64,000 bases of DNA from contig MQRK01208173.1 in NCBI GenBank assembly GCA_001938485.1, positions 4,719 to 68,718 on the forward strand. The letters are read 5' to 3'. This document shows, piece after piece, positions 1 through 13,189 of the stretch (position 1 is its first letter; every line of letters starts with the position of its first letter). The notes beneath the pieces were generated by a model. That model searched no databases. It had not been told where the DNA came from and saw only the letters and a program-made list of their open reading frames with translations. This stretch comes from Girardia tigrina. Its lineage: Eukaryota. Position numbers and translations under genes: made by a program.

Positions 1-53
1 GTTGCTAGGGTAATCGCGACCGTTGCCATGGTTATCGTTCCTGGGGGGGGGGT

Positions 54-2115
54 AGTGAGGGAGAACTCTCATTTTCCCACTACTGCTGTATGTTAATTTA
101 AATATGTTGAATTTAGAATGGTGATTCTCCCACCCAGATGGAAATTGGTATTTTTTTTATTTTAATTTAAAGTGATTAACTATTCGAACATTATTAAAAT
201 AATCATTTTATAAATTAATATTTTTTTAATTTAACAATTAAAATTAAGTTTAATATTTTTAGTAAAATTTAAATTAGATGCATTTTTAATAATTTGATGA
301 CATTTGATGACACCGATCCTAGCATATTAATCCTACAAGATGAACAAACACGAACTGGGATACTGTATTACAAGAAAAGAATTATTAGCTATCTATTACT
401 TTACCCAAGACTTCAAACATTTCGTATACGGAAAGAAGTTTCTACTTAGAACAGACCATAAGGCTATCACATTCATGATGACAACGAAGAACGAATAACT
501 CCACAATTCCAAACTTGGATGAACTTCCTTAGTGGACTAGACATTAGGATGGAATACCGCAAGGGCGAAAAACACACTAATACAGACACAATGTCAAGAA
601 ATACATGTGAACTATGTGTACAATGTCTGGCAATGCACGATGACGTCAAAAAAGTTAAAACTAGAATACTTGCATTAACTGAAGATTCAGAAGAGTTCAT
701 TTAACAGACGAATGATGAAGAAATAGAACATATTAAAAAAATATTAGAATGGGAAAGACAAAGGAATGGCTACTGAAAAACAATATCGTGACGACAAGAG
801 ATAACAATTGGATAATAATATTGGATCCCTATGAAGAAGAGAACAGACTTTATAGAAGATATACATAAGATATTATGACATGCAGGAAGTAAGAAAGTAT
901 ATAATTATATAAAAAATGATTTCGATATGTATGAAATAAGACAACAGATAAAGAAAATCGTACAAATTTGCGAAAACTTCCAGAAAAGGAAGACACTGAC
1001 GGCAAAAACGAAAGAGAAACACATTAAAAATCTGCCAACGAAGCATTTCAAAAAATTGAACCACCAAAAGAGATAGACGTTGATAGAGGGAAAACTTTCG
1101 AATCAGCACTCTTTAAAGAAACGACGACGAAATTTAAGACGGTCCTAATTTATTTAAGTCCTTATCACCATAACACTAACGGGATAATAGAAATACAATT
1201 CAGAACAATAAGAGACGCCATAAATATAAGATTAAAGGATGAAATGCATAGAGATTGGATATAAATGTTGGCAGAAATAGAATTTATGTTAAACGTTACA
1301 ATTCAAGCAACAACTGGAATATCTCCAGTCGAGATAATCTTTGGAACTCAAAACTCAATCATTGGTGGAAGACAACAACAGAAGGAAAAAGTGGAGAAAA
1401 AAAAATAAAAATACAATTGAAACAAAGCGAATATTTCAGGTAGAAGATAAAGTATTGATAATGAAAGTTAACCCATCAAAAGATGATATCCGTTATATGG
1501 GACCAGCTAAAATTATAAAGTAAAGACACGAAAGAAGTTATGAGATACAACTAGAGGACGGCAGGATCTTGATCAGAAATGTAGAATGGTTAAAGCCATT
1601 TAAACCGAGGGGGATGTGAGGAATATTTTGTTTGAAATTGTTTGTTTGAATGTGTAAATGTATTGATTTAAGTATGTTGAATTTAGAATGATGATTATCC
1701 AATCCATTTGAAAATTGGTATTTTTTATTTTAATTTAAAGTGATTAACTATTCGAACTTTATTAAAATAATCATTTTATAAATTAATATTTTTTAATTTA
1801 ACAATTAAAATTAAGTTTAATATTTTTTTAGTAAAATTTAAATTAAATGCATTTTTAATAATTTGATGACATTTTTCATTATTTTGGAATTTATTGAGAA
1901 ATGGTAAAAATTATTATTTTTAATTAATAATTTTTAAAAGTTAAATATTTTAAAAACTGACTTAGAAAAATTGTTCGAATAATCATCATTAAAAATAGAA
2001 ATAAGAAAACCAATTAGAAGGATGACAAACGATGAAAGACATTCTGAGAGTCATAATGACTCTACATGTAATTGTAATAAAAATTTAAACGAGACTTGTT
2101 TAAATGTTCTTAATA
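54..2115 (+). mobile_element. Internally deleted Ty3/gypsy LTR retrotransposon
   Basis: Partial 5' LTR (~85-310) matches 1660-1871. Decayed RNase H (YCITRKELLAIYY...LRTDHKAI...YRKG), integrase zinc finger (HKILxHAG...CxxF) and integrase core (SPYHHNTNGIIE...TGISP). PPT gaggggga at 1607-1614 precedes the 3' LTR (1615-2115). Confidence 0.9.
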
Positions 2116-4011
2116 TTGCACTTGTTTGGATTTTTCTGAATTGAATAAGGATCTGATAATTACTGCTTTTTATTATTAACGATAATTAATTGCCTAGTTT
2201 ATTGATTGAAATTAATGATTTTTTATTAATCAAGGAAACAAAGTAAAACAAATTATATAAATATATAATTATATATTATAAATTATATAACTATATGCTG
2301 ATTTTAATATAAATAAATATAATTATCGGCACAGTATTCATCATCCACAATCCTGTAACTTTTGAGAGAAGTCATTAAACAGTTATATTAATCATATTTG
2401 TTTCCTATTTGACAGAATATTCTTTTCGTTATTGATTCATAACTGATTCATGATATTTATATTACATAATATATTCATATTAATAAACATTTAATATTAT
2501 TAATAAATTAATTTTGATTTTTTATTGTAAAACGAAATAAATTGTTTAAACCTCTAAACACATCACAGTTTTACTCCACAGTCTGGCAGTCGAGAAATAA
2601 CCAGACCAAAGTTCACGAATGTAAACTCAAGTGCTGCCACCTTAATCAACTTCATCTAATTATGATTACATTTTTAATTGATTGTATGAAAAACAATATT
2701 CATTTTTCTTATTCTACAAAGTTCTAAAATTTAATTGTGAGATACTTACCTTTCCTTATTTGTTTTCCATAATATTCTATTTCTATTTATTTTAATTTGT
2801 ATTCTTTTTTTCTCATTCCATTTTACTGTAAACGTTTACTATTTATTTACTAATTATAAATATGAGGGGTTAGTTTTAAGTTTCGCCAAAATAGTTTATT
2901 GTTTTTTTTTTAATTTGAAAATTTATAAATAATTATAAATTAATTTGAAAATTAATAAATACTTATTTAAAATATTTTTATAGTAATAATAATTAACATA
3001 TTTTAATAAAAGTTATAGAATAAGCTAAATAAATTTTAATTAACGGATTAATATTTTCAGAAATAATTTTTTTAATAAAATGTATTGTAAAGTTTCGTAA
3101 GAATGTAAAAAATTTGGTTACATTAAAAATTTATAAATTTTTTGTAAGAAAATGTAAATTATTTAAGGGTAAAATTTTTGTAAAAATATAAGATTATATA
3201 TTCTTTGTAAAAAAATATAAGATTAATTAAGATTTAATATTGTAAAATTTTTGTAAAAAAATGTAAGATTATTTTAGATTTAAATTTTTGTATATTTTCA
3301 AAATTTAATCGAAAAAATTAATGAACTAATTTTGGGCGAAATAATTGAATTAATAAGAAATTTGTTTAAGTATATGAATCGTGAATATGAATAAATTTTT
3401 GTGGTGTTAAATTATGGCTTTAGAATGTGATAATACTGAAAGTGGCATAAACGCTACTTACAATAAATATATATTTTTAATGTTAATTCAGAAATAAAAC
3501 ATTTTTATTCGTCTCATAAGAGAAATAGTCCACCTAGATTGAATAAATAATTATAAACCAAATCATAAAGTGCTGTCCCTCTTGTAATTATAATTTGCTG
3601 TAAGAAACCAAAACCCAAACATAACAAGCTAAACGACAATGTTACAACTACATTTTCACCAACACATGATCACACAAATAACAACAAATTTTAACTCCTA
3701 TTTTATATATTTATTTTTCAAAATCTTACCTTTTATATTCGTTAAGTTATTAATATAAAGTTATTATTTTGTTTTAATTTATTATACACTTTCTCAGATC
3801 ACCCAATCATTTGTTATGATTTATCGAAAATATTATTTAATTGTTTAAGTTTATTTTAGCTACGTAATTTTGAACAAAACGTAATGTACATGAACGTACC
3901 GTAATGAACGTACGTAATGTACAAAACTTGTACGAAATAAAGATAATTGTGAATAAATTGAAAAAAAAATTGGCAGATTATTAAAATCAAAAATCGAAAG
4001 CCAATTGAAAA

Positions 4012-4053
4012 TATTTATTAATTTCGACGGTTTAAACCGTCATCGTCAGAACA
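4012..4053 (-). ncRNA. Minimal type I hammerhead ribozyme (Penelope pLTR), intact core
   Basis: Minus strand: uguu CUGACGA u GACGG-uuuaaa-CCGUC GAAA uuaa UA aaua. Palindromic stem III (AUUAAU) and 4-bp stem I. Confidence 0.8.
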
Positions 4054-4646
4054 AATGATTTTTCAAACGAAATTTACTTATATAGTGCAGTTAATGATTA
4101 TGTAATCAATACGTAATCAGGACATCATTTAAAAACTCTCAACAAAGTTGTAGAGAATGCAGTTTGAACGTTTATTTTAGGATCCAAAGATCTTATATAT
4201 AACGCTTCACATGTCACTCTCTCCCAATAATTTTTAAATTGAGGCAATAAATCTCCAACGCCATTTGGATTGTGTTCGGATCTCATTTACCAATATACAT
4301 GTAATGGGTGTAACGCCACATACATCGGAGAGACTTCACGTCATCTCTGTAAGAGAATCCAGGAACACAGTTGCAATGAAGGTGGAAGTAACATTGCAGG
4401 ACATAGAAGACAATGTAAAGGAGATGTAACTTCACAACACTTTAAAATTCTGTGCACTCAATTTAAAAATTATTGGGAGAGAGTGACATGTGAAGCGTTA
4501 TATATTAGATCTTTGGATCCTAAAATTAACGTTCAAACTGCACTCTCTATAACTTTGTTGAGAGTTTTTAAATGATGTTCTGATGACGTATTGATTGCAT
4601 AACCATTAATTGCACTATATAAGTAAATTTCGTTTGAAAAATCATT

Positions 4647-4687
4647 TGTTCTGACAATGACGGTTCAACCGTCGAAATTAATAAATA
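4647..4687 (+). ncRNA. Hammerhead ribozyme copy with G8->A core mutation
   Basis: tgtt CTGACAA t GACGG-ttcaa-CCGTC GAAA ttaa TA aata, the inverted partner of 4012-4053. Confidence 0.65.
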
Positions 4688-5272
4688 TTTTCAATTGGCT
4701 TTCGAATTTTAAAAATAAATATAATATAATGGTTTTATATTACATAAATTAAAGCATACAAAATAAAACATTAACATCCAAATTTTTTTTGTGAAAAATT
4801 AAAAAGAAATTTAAAATATTATTAATTAGTAGATTTAGAAAACAATTTGTATTTTCCTAATTGATATTTTAGTATGGAAGTTAAGCAGGGAAAAAAGACA
4901 ATTGAAGAAAACCTGTCGAGGGAATAAGATTGGCATATACAACATTATAGCAATATCTAGAAATGTAAAAAGAAGAGCTTTTTATTCATTTATTCAACAT
5001 TTTAAGGTTTTCATTGACAGATGTAAAGAGAGCTTAACCAAAGCAACTGAGCCAAATCTCAAATGTCTGTTATATGTATATTAAGATATTTAAAAAAATA
5101 TTTATATTTGATAATTCATAACAAAATTGTTATTTGGAATATTTTGCATTATTGTAATCAATTAAATTATAAAATAAAAATTCTTATTTTTTTAAATTTT
5201 TAAAATAAATTTATAAAAATAATGAGAATTTTTTAATACAACAATAAGAACGTCATATTAAAGTATATTTAT

Positions 5273-5312
5273 GGTAATATATTTCCATGGTTTTACCGTC
5301 ATCTTCAGACAC
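5273..5312 (-). ncRNA. Degenerate hammerhead motif at the 3' end of a probable Penelope relic (5273-5600)
   Basis: Minus strand: CUGAAGA u GACGG-uaaaa-CCAUG GAAA uaua UU. Stem II is mismatched. Confidence 0.45.
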
Positions 5313-6767
5313 TGATTACTAGCTTTTTACCGTTTATATATGATAAATGAATGATTATTGTAGTGACGCCTAACAATATATATTCACATTTATCTTGAGA
5401 TGTCATCAGTTTCGGATAAGCACAGTTTGGGGATCTTTTCATTGAGTCGCCACCACCAAACAGTTGGCCTAAACTGCATGTAAATAAAAAAACATTATTT
5501 GCAATCAATCTGTATCCAATGATTCTACTTTCAAAATTATTCAACAACAAACTCATCGTATATTCATTCATTCCATCATTCCTCAAACCATCTGCACCTT
5601 ATTATCAACCAAATCTCGATTGTTGGGTTCTTGATCAATATTAGAATTCATTAACACCAAAAATTTATTAATAACACAAATAACAATTATTTAAACATTT
5701 TTCTTGAGGAACTTTTTGTTTTCTTTCGACCAAATTTCTTATACATAAAAATATGGAATTATAAATACTGATAAGCTATTTATTAAAATGCGATTTTAGA
5801 AATTAAAATATTTTCATTAATTTTATAGATTAGTATTATATTATTTGATAAAATTTAATTTAAAATCAGTATCAAATCAAAATTTATTTTAACCAAACAA
5901 AAGAGTTTAACGTATTATTTATTATCAATAATTAAATTTAAAATACAATTTTTATTATTTGAAATACAATACATTTGATGAATTTATAATACCAAAATAT
6001 TTTATTTAAGCAATATTTAGATTTATTATTATTTAACAGTATTAATATTATTTAATAATAAATTTATTATTATTTAATAGTGATTAATTAATTATAAAAT
6101 TTTTAATAGCAGTTTTTATATATTATATATTTTATTAATTATTTATCGAATTTTAATTTGCAGAATTTCTAACTGGTTTTTAAATCTAAATTATCTTTTT
6201 TTTATTATATCTTTGACAACAAAAATTTCATAATGTTATTCTTCGAAATAATTTTTTAAAATAAATACAAAATTATTAAAATTCAATTATTTTTAAAAAT
6301 AATTCTTTTTTTAATTAATTAAGATATTTAGTTATAACTGTTTTATAACTTTTGATTTTAAATGTTTTTTTTCTTTTTTATAGAGATTATTTACAAAAAT
6401 TAATTATTCAAAAATTTAAAGAATGAGCCCGTCCATTATATCGTTCATGATTCTTTGCTAACTTTTCCATTTAAAGTTAACAACATTCGAATATAATATT
6501 ATTATCCGCCTCGCTAAATCGATTGTTTTCATTCAAATTCCTTCTTCACATGACTCCAGAATCATTGAATGATTTCTCAGATTGTATAATCCGAAATCTT
6601 CCGGTATCTAAAGTTATTAAATTTTGTTAATATTCCTCTCTCATACTATTTTTAAATTTTTAAACATTTTACCTTCTATATATCTTTCTATTTTAAAATA
6701 ATTTCTTTGTTTATTAATATAATTTTTGTTTTACAATTATTTCATTTTTTATTAAATAATTTTATTA

Positions 6768-6952
6768 CCCTAATTTACTGCGGATAACCCGCACTCGTGT
6801 ATAACCCGCATCTCTATTTTTGGTCATAAAGTACCTTTTGCAAATTAAGTTTCGTATAAACCCCGCACCTATGTATAACCCATATCGATAAATTTTTCAA
6901 AAAATGTCATTTTCAAACGTATTACCCGGGGGTTATCAGCAGTAAATTAGGG
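6768..6952. mobile_element. MITE, Tc1/mariner-pogo type
   Basis: TIRs CCCTAATTTACTGC(G/T)GATAACCC, TA on the left flank, internal tataacccgca subrepeats. Confidence 0.75.
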
Positions 6953-8439
6953 TTAATGTTTTTTTATTAGTTTTGTTTTTTTACTTACATGCAGTTTTTG
7001 GGTAAGTTTTTGGTGGGAGCGGCTCAAGGCATAGCTCTCCATACGGTGCTGATACCAAGGTGCTGACAGGTCTTAAGATAAATGTCAAGATTTATGGTTA
7101 GGTGTCACTACAATTACATAGTAATGAATATAGTTCACAGAGTTCGGAAATGAAAAACAATTCAAAGAACACAAACAAATAATCAAAATACCATATTCTG
7201 AAAGATTTAAAGCAAGAACAATAGTACAAGAACATCGGTAGTTTCAAAGTTATTTCAATGACATCCAAAGCTCAAAGTTTCCTCTCAAATAAATCGAAAA
7301 TGTTTTATGGATTGCAAGATTATTTAGTTCACAAATTTATTTTTTCTCGTCGCGTGTGTAAATTGTCGTTATTTTTAATGGAAATTAATCGTCTTTTACA
7401 GATAAAAGTATTAAAAATGACTTAAAAGAAATTAGAAAAGTATTTTCTACAGTTTTTTATATCTCTTCTTTGCTTTTTCAAGTGTGTAAATATTTTATTT
7501 TATTGAAAACTCCTGAATAAATATCCAACAAAATTATTATCTCTTGTTCTAAGACAGTAATTAGATTATTCATTGGCTTAATGTTGGTACATTTCTTTTT
7601 GCAGATTTGGAATGATTATTTTTATTTGCAGTGTTCATTAATAGAAGGAAAATAAATGATTTTCAGTTGAAGGAATTTTATTATGATAAAATAAATAAAT
7701 AAATAAAATTCTGTTACTGGATATTTGGGAAGGTTTCCTTTTCCCCAAAAAATAATTTTACATTTTATAATATCTTTATCGTTTTATGATTATTTCGTTT
7801 TTTTTGTCAAATTATTTTTAGTTTTTATTTATATTAAATATTATTTAAAATCCGAAAATAAATGAAGTTTTCTCAAAGTATTAAACGTTATTTTTATTTT
7901 ATTTCGTTCTTGAAAATGATATCAGGACTAACAAATGTAGTAATTGTTTTTAACCATTTGTGCATGCAGACTATGTGAGAACATTGATTCTAGAATTACG
8001 AGATCTTATTACACATGTTATGCCACCAAAAGTTTAATAACTTTTGTCTAACATTCTTTTTTGAGTTATTTTAATGCTATTTAATTTGTAGGGGATCTGA
8101 TTTTTAATTTTTTTAATCAATAATATATAATATTATAGACGAAAAAATTGTTTTCACGTCTATCTACTACTTGCAATTGTAAGTAGACTATGATATATAT
8201 ATATATACTAGCCAAATTCATATGTATTCTGACACGTAAAATAATTCTTTTTTTATATTTGTATTATAGATGAATTAATTTGATATTTTACGATAATCTA
8301 AATACAATTTTAAAATAATTTGAAGAAATCAAATAAAAAAGTTAACTAATAAAAATTTTATTCGTATTTAAAAATTTGTTCTCAAATTCAAAAGAATTCG
8401 GACATCTGCTTTTCAATTCAAAAGAATACGGACACCTAC

Positions 8440-9453
8440 TATTTAAAATTTTGTAACATCGCCCTTTGCTTTTATGACATCTTCCATTCTTCTATTCATT
8501 AAATTGTATAAATCCTGACATTTATCAATGGGAAAACTATTTCATATTGCTAAAATTTTATTATTCAAATCAATTTTATTTTTAAGACGTTTTTTTTTCG
8601 TAAAATCTTTTTCATAATTACCCAAACATTCTCTATGGGACTTAAATCTGGGTTTCCTGAATGCCATGTCCAGAAGAACATATTATTTTTCATCATCCGA
8701 GTTTTTTTAAATTTAGAAGTATGACAAGATGCTCCATCTTGTTGAAAAATGAAATCTCCATTGTCAAAATACTGCGTAATAGATGGGATGAGACTTTCCC
8801 TTAATATCTCGGTATACTTTGTAGAGTCCATTGTGCTCTCCATAAAGTGAAGACTGCCAAGTCCTTTGCTTGTCATACAACCCCAAATCATTACACTTTC
8901 TGGAAATTTCAGAGTTCGGTTTAAACAGTCCGATAATAATGACTCGGTACTAAGTCTTAAGATCGATTTTCCATTTTTGTCCATAGACAATTCAAAACAA
9001 GATTCGTTTGAAAAAATAACTTTATTCCAATCATTTTGGCTCCATTTACTATGATTAAGACCCCATTCAAGTCTCTTTTTTTTAATAGGTGACAGAAACG
9101 GTTTGTTTTTAGCCTTAAATAAGTGTTACGCCATGCTTATATTTCATTAAGAAAATCTTACCTTGTAGAATGAATAATTTAATTCATGTATTCGACGTAA
9201 ATAAGTGGACGGAGAAAAAGAAATGCCTGTTTATATACTCCATTTCTCGTTGATTTCTTGAACGACGATATTTGGGAATTAACCTCTTCAAACACCGGCT
9301 ATCAGTAGCGGAAGTCAACTTTGGTGGTCCAGATTTCTTGGGCGATAAGTTATTCTGACGGTATTTAACTTTTTTAATGTTATCGAACACCGTCGATTTA
9401 ATTATCTCTAAACGTTTTAAAATTTCCTTTACTGATTTTCCTTTAACATACAT
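8440..9453 (-). mobile_element. Decayed Tc1 (DD34E) transposase containing a 48-nt intron
   Basis: Paired-like HTH at 9184-9453. WNKVIFSNES (first D mutated to N), SVMIWGC, and FQQDGASCH...PDLSPIEN with 34 residues between D and E. Confidence 0.9.
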
Positions 9454-10229
9454 GACAAATATTTACGAACCATATTTTAAAAATAATGAAAATTTAATCG
9501 ACTGAAGTATTTAAACAATAATAACTACATGTGTTTTTACTAATAATACATATTGAATTTAAAATAATTCATTGCCTACATTTGTATTATATGTATGTCT
9601 TTGATATGTTTAATGTCTATAAAAGGGTTCAAATTCTTAGCAATAATTAGCTAGCATTAACAATACTCTTTGATTGTGCAGTTTGATTATGAAATATGTT
9701 TTTCTGAGATGTTAAATTGTTTTTCAAAGATTTTAACTTAGCTTTCCGTTCGCCATCGGTAAAGTTTATCAATTTCGCTATGTTTCGCTATATGAAACGA
9801 TGAAATTACAGTGATCCTATAAAAACAGGAAGTATCACTATTTTACCTCAAACACAGATTACGATTACAATAAAGTTGGATGTCGATCACATTGCAATTG
9901 TTTTGATTGATACAACTGTCCAGGAAAGAAATAAAGATGACGTTTTTTTAATTATTAAACAAAAACTTAATTTTTTCACAAACAGTTTTTTTTAATTTAT
10001 TTAAACAAAATCAAAATTGTTTTTCGATTCATAATTTTGAAGAATATTATTCTTGATTCAACACCTTACGTTCATAAATAAATTATTAATATATAACGTT
10101 GGTCTCATTAGAAATAAAATTTGTCCAATTTGAACAAAAAATGGTATATTTGTTTCCGTTAAAATCTTTTGTTATTTCGTATTAATGCCTCCTTGTAGCT
10201 CTTATTTCTGTTGTGCGTCCTGTTATCTC

Positions 10230-10565
10230 TGACTACATTTATCTGTTCTTCTGACCAATTTTCAAATAGTGAAGACGTCCGACAAAATGTTTTTCGAAGT
10301 CATTTTTTATATTTTAATATCGACTTGTCAATGGCCTTGTATCTTTTTTCACGTCTCTTTCCATAAGACATAAAATAATGATTTCCACTTTTTACTTTGC
10401 AACTCCCGCGAATCGGAAGAACGTTTCATATTCCACTATGAACGTCTCCACGTTGTCATCTTTCCTGAATTTTTTAGGTAGAAACTGATTCGTGAAGGCG
10501 TTAGTCGCCATGCTAGTAGTATTTATGCTATTGTCGTTATTCGAATTTCCTAATTCGAATTCATA
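10230..10565 (-). mobile_element. Gypsy gag N-terminal relic
   Basis: Translates as FLPKKFRKDDNVETFIVEYETFFRFAGV*...LRKHF, with stops. Confidence 0.5.
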
Positions 10566-11891
10566 ATTAACTCACAAATTTATTAAAGAAGATGATACAC
10601 GTATTTAAAAAAAATTCTTGGTAATTTAATCATTTCATCAAAATCCATTTATTAATTTTTTTTATTTAATTTAAAAATTTAAATTATAATTTTTAAATTG
10701 TAAATTTTTTTTTATAAAATTTAATTTCTTTATAAATTATAAAATTATAAAATTTTATTTATACTAAACTTTAATTTCTTTCAAAATTATTTCATAGAAA
10801 TATTATAAATTTTACCCCAATTATTAATTATTTTAAAATTTTTATTTAAATACTTTTAATGAACGGGGTAAAATGTATAATATTTTTAAGAAATAATTTT
10901 TGAACTTCGAAAGTCATTTAAACCATTTTCAAGTTACCTATATTCTTACAAATAGTCTTCTTAAATGATTTTAATCCTTCAGAATATGATATTTCGATTA
11001 TTTGTTTGTTCTCTTCTATGTGTTATTTCCTTTAGAACTTTCTTAACTCATGTTTGTGTACATAATTTGTCAAATGTAACCTTTAAATTGTGATCTATTT
11101 GTTTGTTTGGTAATTGTTTTCCCCTTAGCGTCTTTTAGGAATATTTAAATCATTTTCTGTGATTTAAAAATAAGAAAGGAAGTTCCAAATTGAGGAATTC
11201 TTTTGTTTATTATCCTTTATATCCAATAAAATCCTGAAAAAATGTTTTATTTACTGATTAAATCTCGCATTTATTAACATTTTATTGTTTGAAACATTAA
11301 ATTTAAATTGCTGATGATAGAAAATGAAATTCCGAATTATGTAAAATATGTGTATGTGTGTGTGTTTGTTTGGTGAAAGCGTCACAGCGTTGTTTACAAA
11401 ACGTTTTGTGATAAAATAGGACATAAAAGTACAAATATTATTACACAATATAATGCCCATTACTTCAATCAATTTAGTCCACCTTTAATGTAGCTTCAGT
11501 ATTACTGATTCATAAAATCTCTTGTTAAAAATATGTCTCTCAACACTGAATCAACTAAATTCATTCAATTCCGAATTTTAAGAAAACACGATTAATTCGA
11601 AAGTATACTTTTGTCATTTTTCTTATATTTCTGAAACGTATGATACATATTTTCCTTCATTTTAAGCAAGTTACGTACATTAAAAATGATTTGCGACGTT
11701 TCGTTGGAGTGACGTCGACTTGGTGAAACGATTTCTTTTCTCTTTGAAAAGTAAGATAAAGTTTATTTTGTGTGATTATCTATTAATAAAACATAATTTA
11801 CCGTATAAATTTATTAAAAATACAATATTATTGTCATTTGTTTAACAATTGATGGAAATAAATAAAATCATAAGAGAATGTGTTGAAATAT

Positions 11892-12314
11892 CTATACAAA
11901 ACTTGTTTGGTTACTTCGAATAGTGGAATGAGATTGCCTATCGTTTAGTGATACCAAATTGATTTGTGATGTCGATGAAGGTTTTGTGTTTGAAAGGGTT
12001 TCATTAAAACTGGTTTGGTTATTATTTGTTAACAATGGGGCTTTGACAGGTGCTGTTCGAATGATGCTATCATAATGGTCCAGTCTGTTGCATTTACTTT
12101 TCAGAGCTTGATATGTTTCATCAGGTTTATCAATCACTTGATACTTTGTGTATCTATCAAGAGGACTCATATAATCTTCTTTTAGACTAAACTCCATTTC
12201 TCCCGGATATTTGATGTTGCAAGGAGAATTGAGAGACTTATTCGACGGCATCATATGCATTCCTTCATAATAATTAATCGGAGAAGAGGTCATAATGTCA
12301 TTGAAGGATGAGGC
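11892..12314 (-). CDS. Protocadherin terminal exon: cytoplasmic tail ending TSFV*
   Basis: Acceptor tttttgtttcag|GCC (phase 0). Ser/Pro/Asn-rich open frame of 140 aa ending in a class I PDZ-binding-type motif (S-x-V). Same strand as exons 1 and 2. Confidence 0.75.
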   Translation of the reverse strand, partial: ASSFNDIMTSSPINYYEGMHMMPSNKSLNSPCNIKYPGEMEFSLKEDYMSPLDRYTKYQVIDKPDETYQALKSKCNRLDHYDSIIRTAPVKAPLLTNNNQTSFNETLSNTKPSSTSQINLVSLNDRQSHSTIRSNQTSFV

Positions 12315-12422
12315 CTGAAACAAAAATAACTCATTTATATGTTCCTTTCAATATATTTGGAGTTTTTTTTAATAAAAAAATGATTTTGTTATTTTATTTT
12401 ATATTAATATTTATAGGTTAAC

Positions 12423-12460
12423 TGAAAGAAATTGATTACTTCCAGGAGATGAATGTTCAT
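12423..12460 (-). CDS. Putative 38-nt protocadherin exon 3 (DEHSSPGSNQFLS)
   Basis: Acceptor ctttag|AT and donor TCA|GTTAAC. It enters in phase 1 and exits in phase 0, which is exactly what is needed to join exon 2 to the last exon without a stop. Confidence 0.6.
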
Positions 12461-13189
12461 CTAAAGTTTGAAGTTTATATTAACAAAAAAATGTTTGTAA
12501 GACTAAGATATATTATTTAAGAAGGTTTTAAGAAGATGAGTGCCTAAAAAGATTTACGAGCTTTACGTTTTCGCTACATTCAATTTTATTACTGAACTTA
12601 GTAAAATTAAACTTTCGTGTAAACAGATCTATGATCAAAGATATTATCATTCTACATAAGGGTGATTACATTCTTTGTTGTATCTTTTCTAAAAGATTTT
12701 AAAGTTACAATGTCAAAGGGCAATAAAATGTCAATACCTTAATAAATCTTCTCTGTTGGAAAATGGTTTAAACCATTATCTCTATGACGACATAATAAAA
12801 ATAACAAATCAATACAAAAATAATAAAATTTGAAATTCAAGATAGTATTGAAATTATAATTATTAATATTATTCACTTATTCTATTTCCTGAAAACAGAA
12901 GAAACTAGTAAATCAAAAAAATATATTTTACACTGGCAGAACTCTATTTGGCCAAGAGATTTTTTTGTTATCTTTTGTAGATGGGAAAATACCTATTACA
13001 TTTCTTAATATTATTAATATTTATTAATTTATATATACTTTTTTAACTTTAGTTTTTTCGCCTAATATAAACAACTTATAATTTATAAGTAGATCTGTTT
13101 TAATTAATATTGTTTAGGAACCCCGATGGGAATATTTTTCCAAACTCTGCGAATTTAAAAAGTTTTTTTATACTGTTAGTGACTTTTTT

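Larger units (their letters stand above)
3990..4710 (+). mobile_element. 5'-truncated Penelope-like element: GIY-YIG endonuclease fragment with inverted pLTR copy
   Basis: ORF 4270-4575 LIYQYTCNGCNATYIGETSRHLCKRIQEH...EALYIRSLDPKINVQ is a Penelope-type GIY-YIG domain. 3990-4243 is an inverted copy of 4457-4710. Confidence 0.92.
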
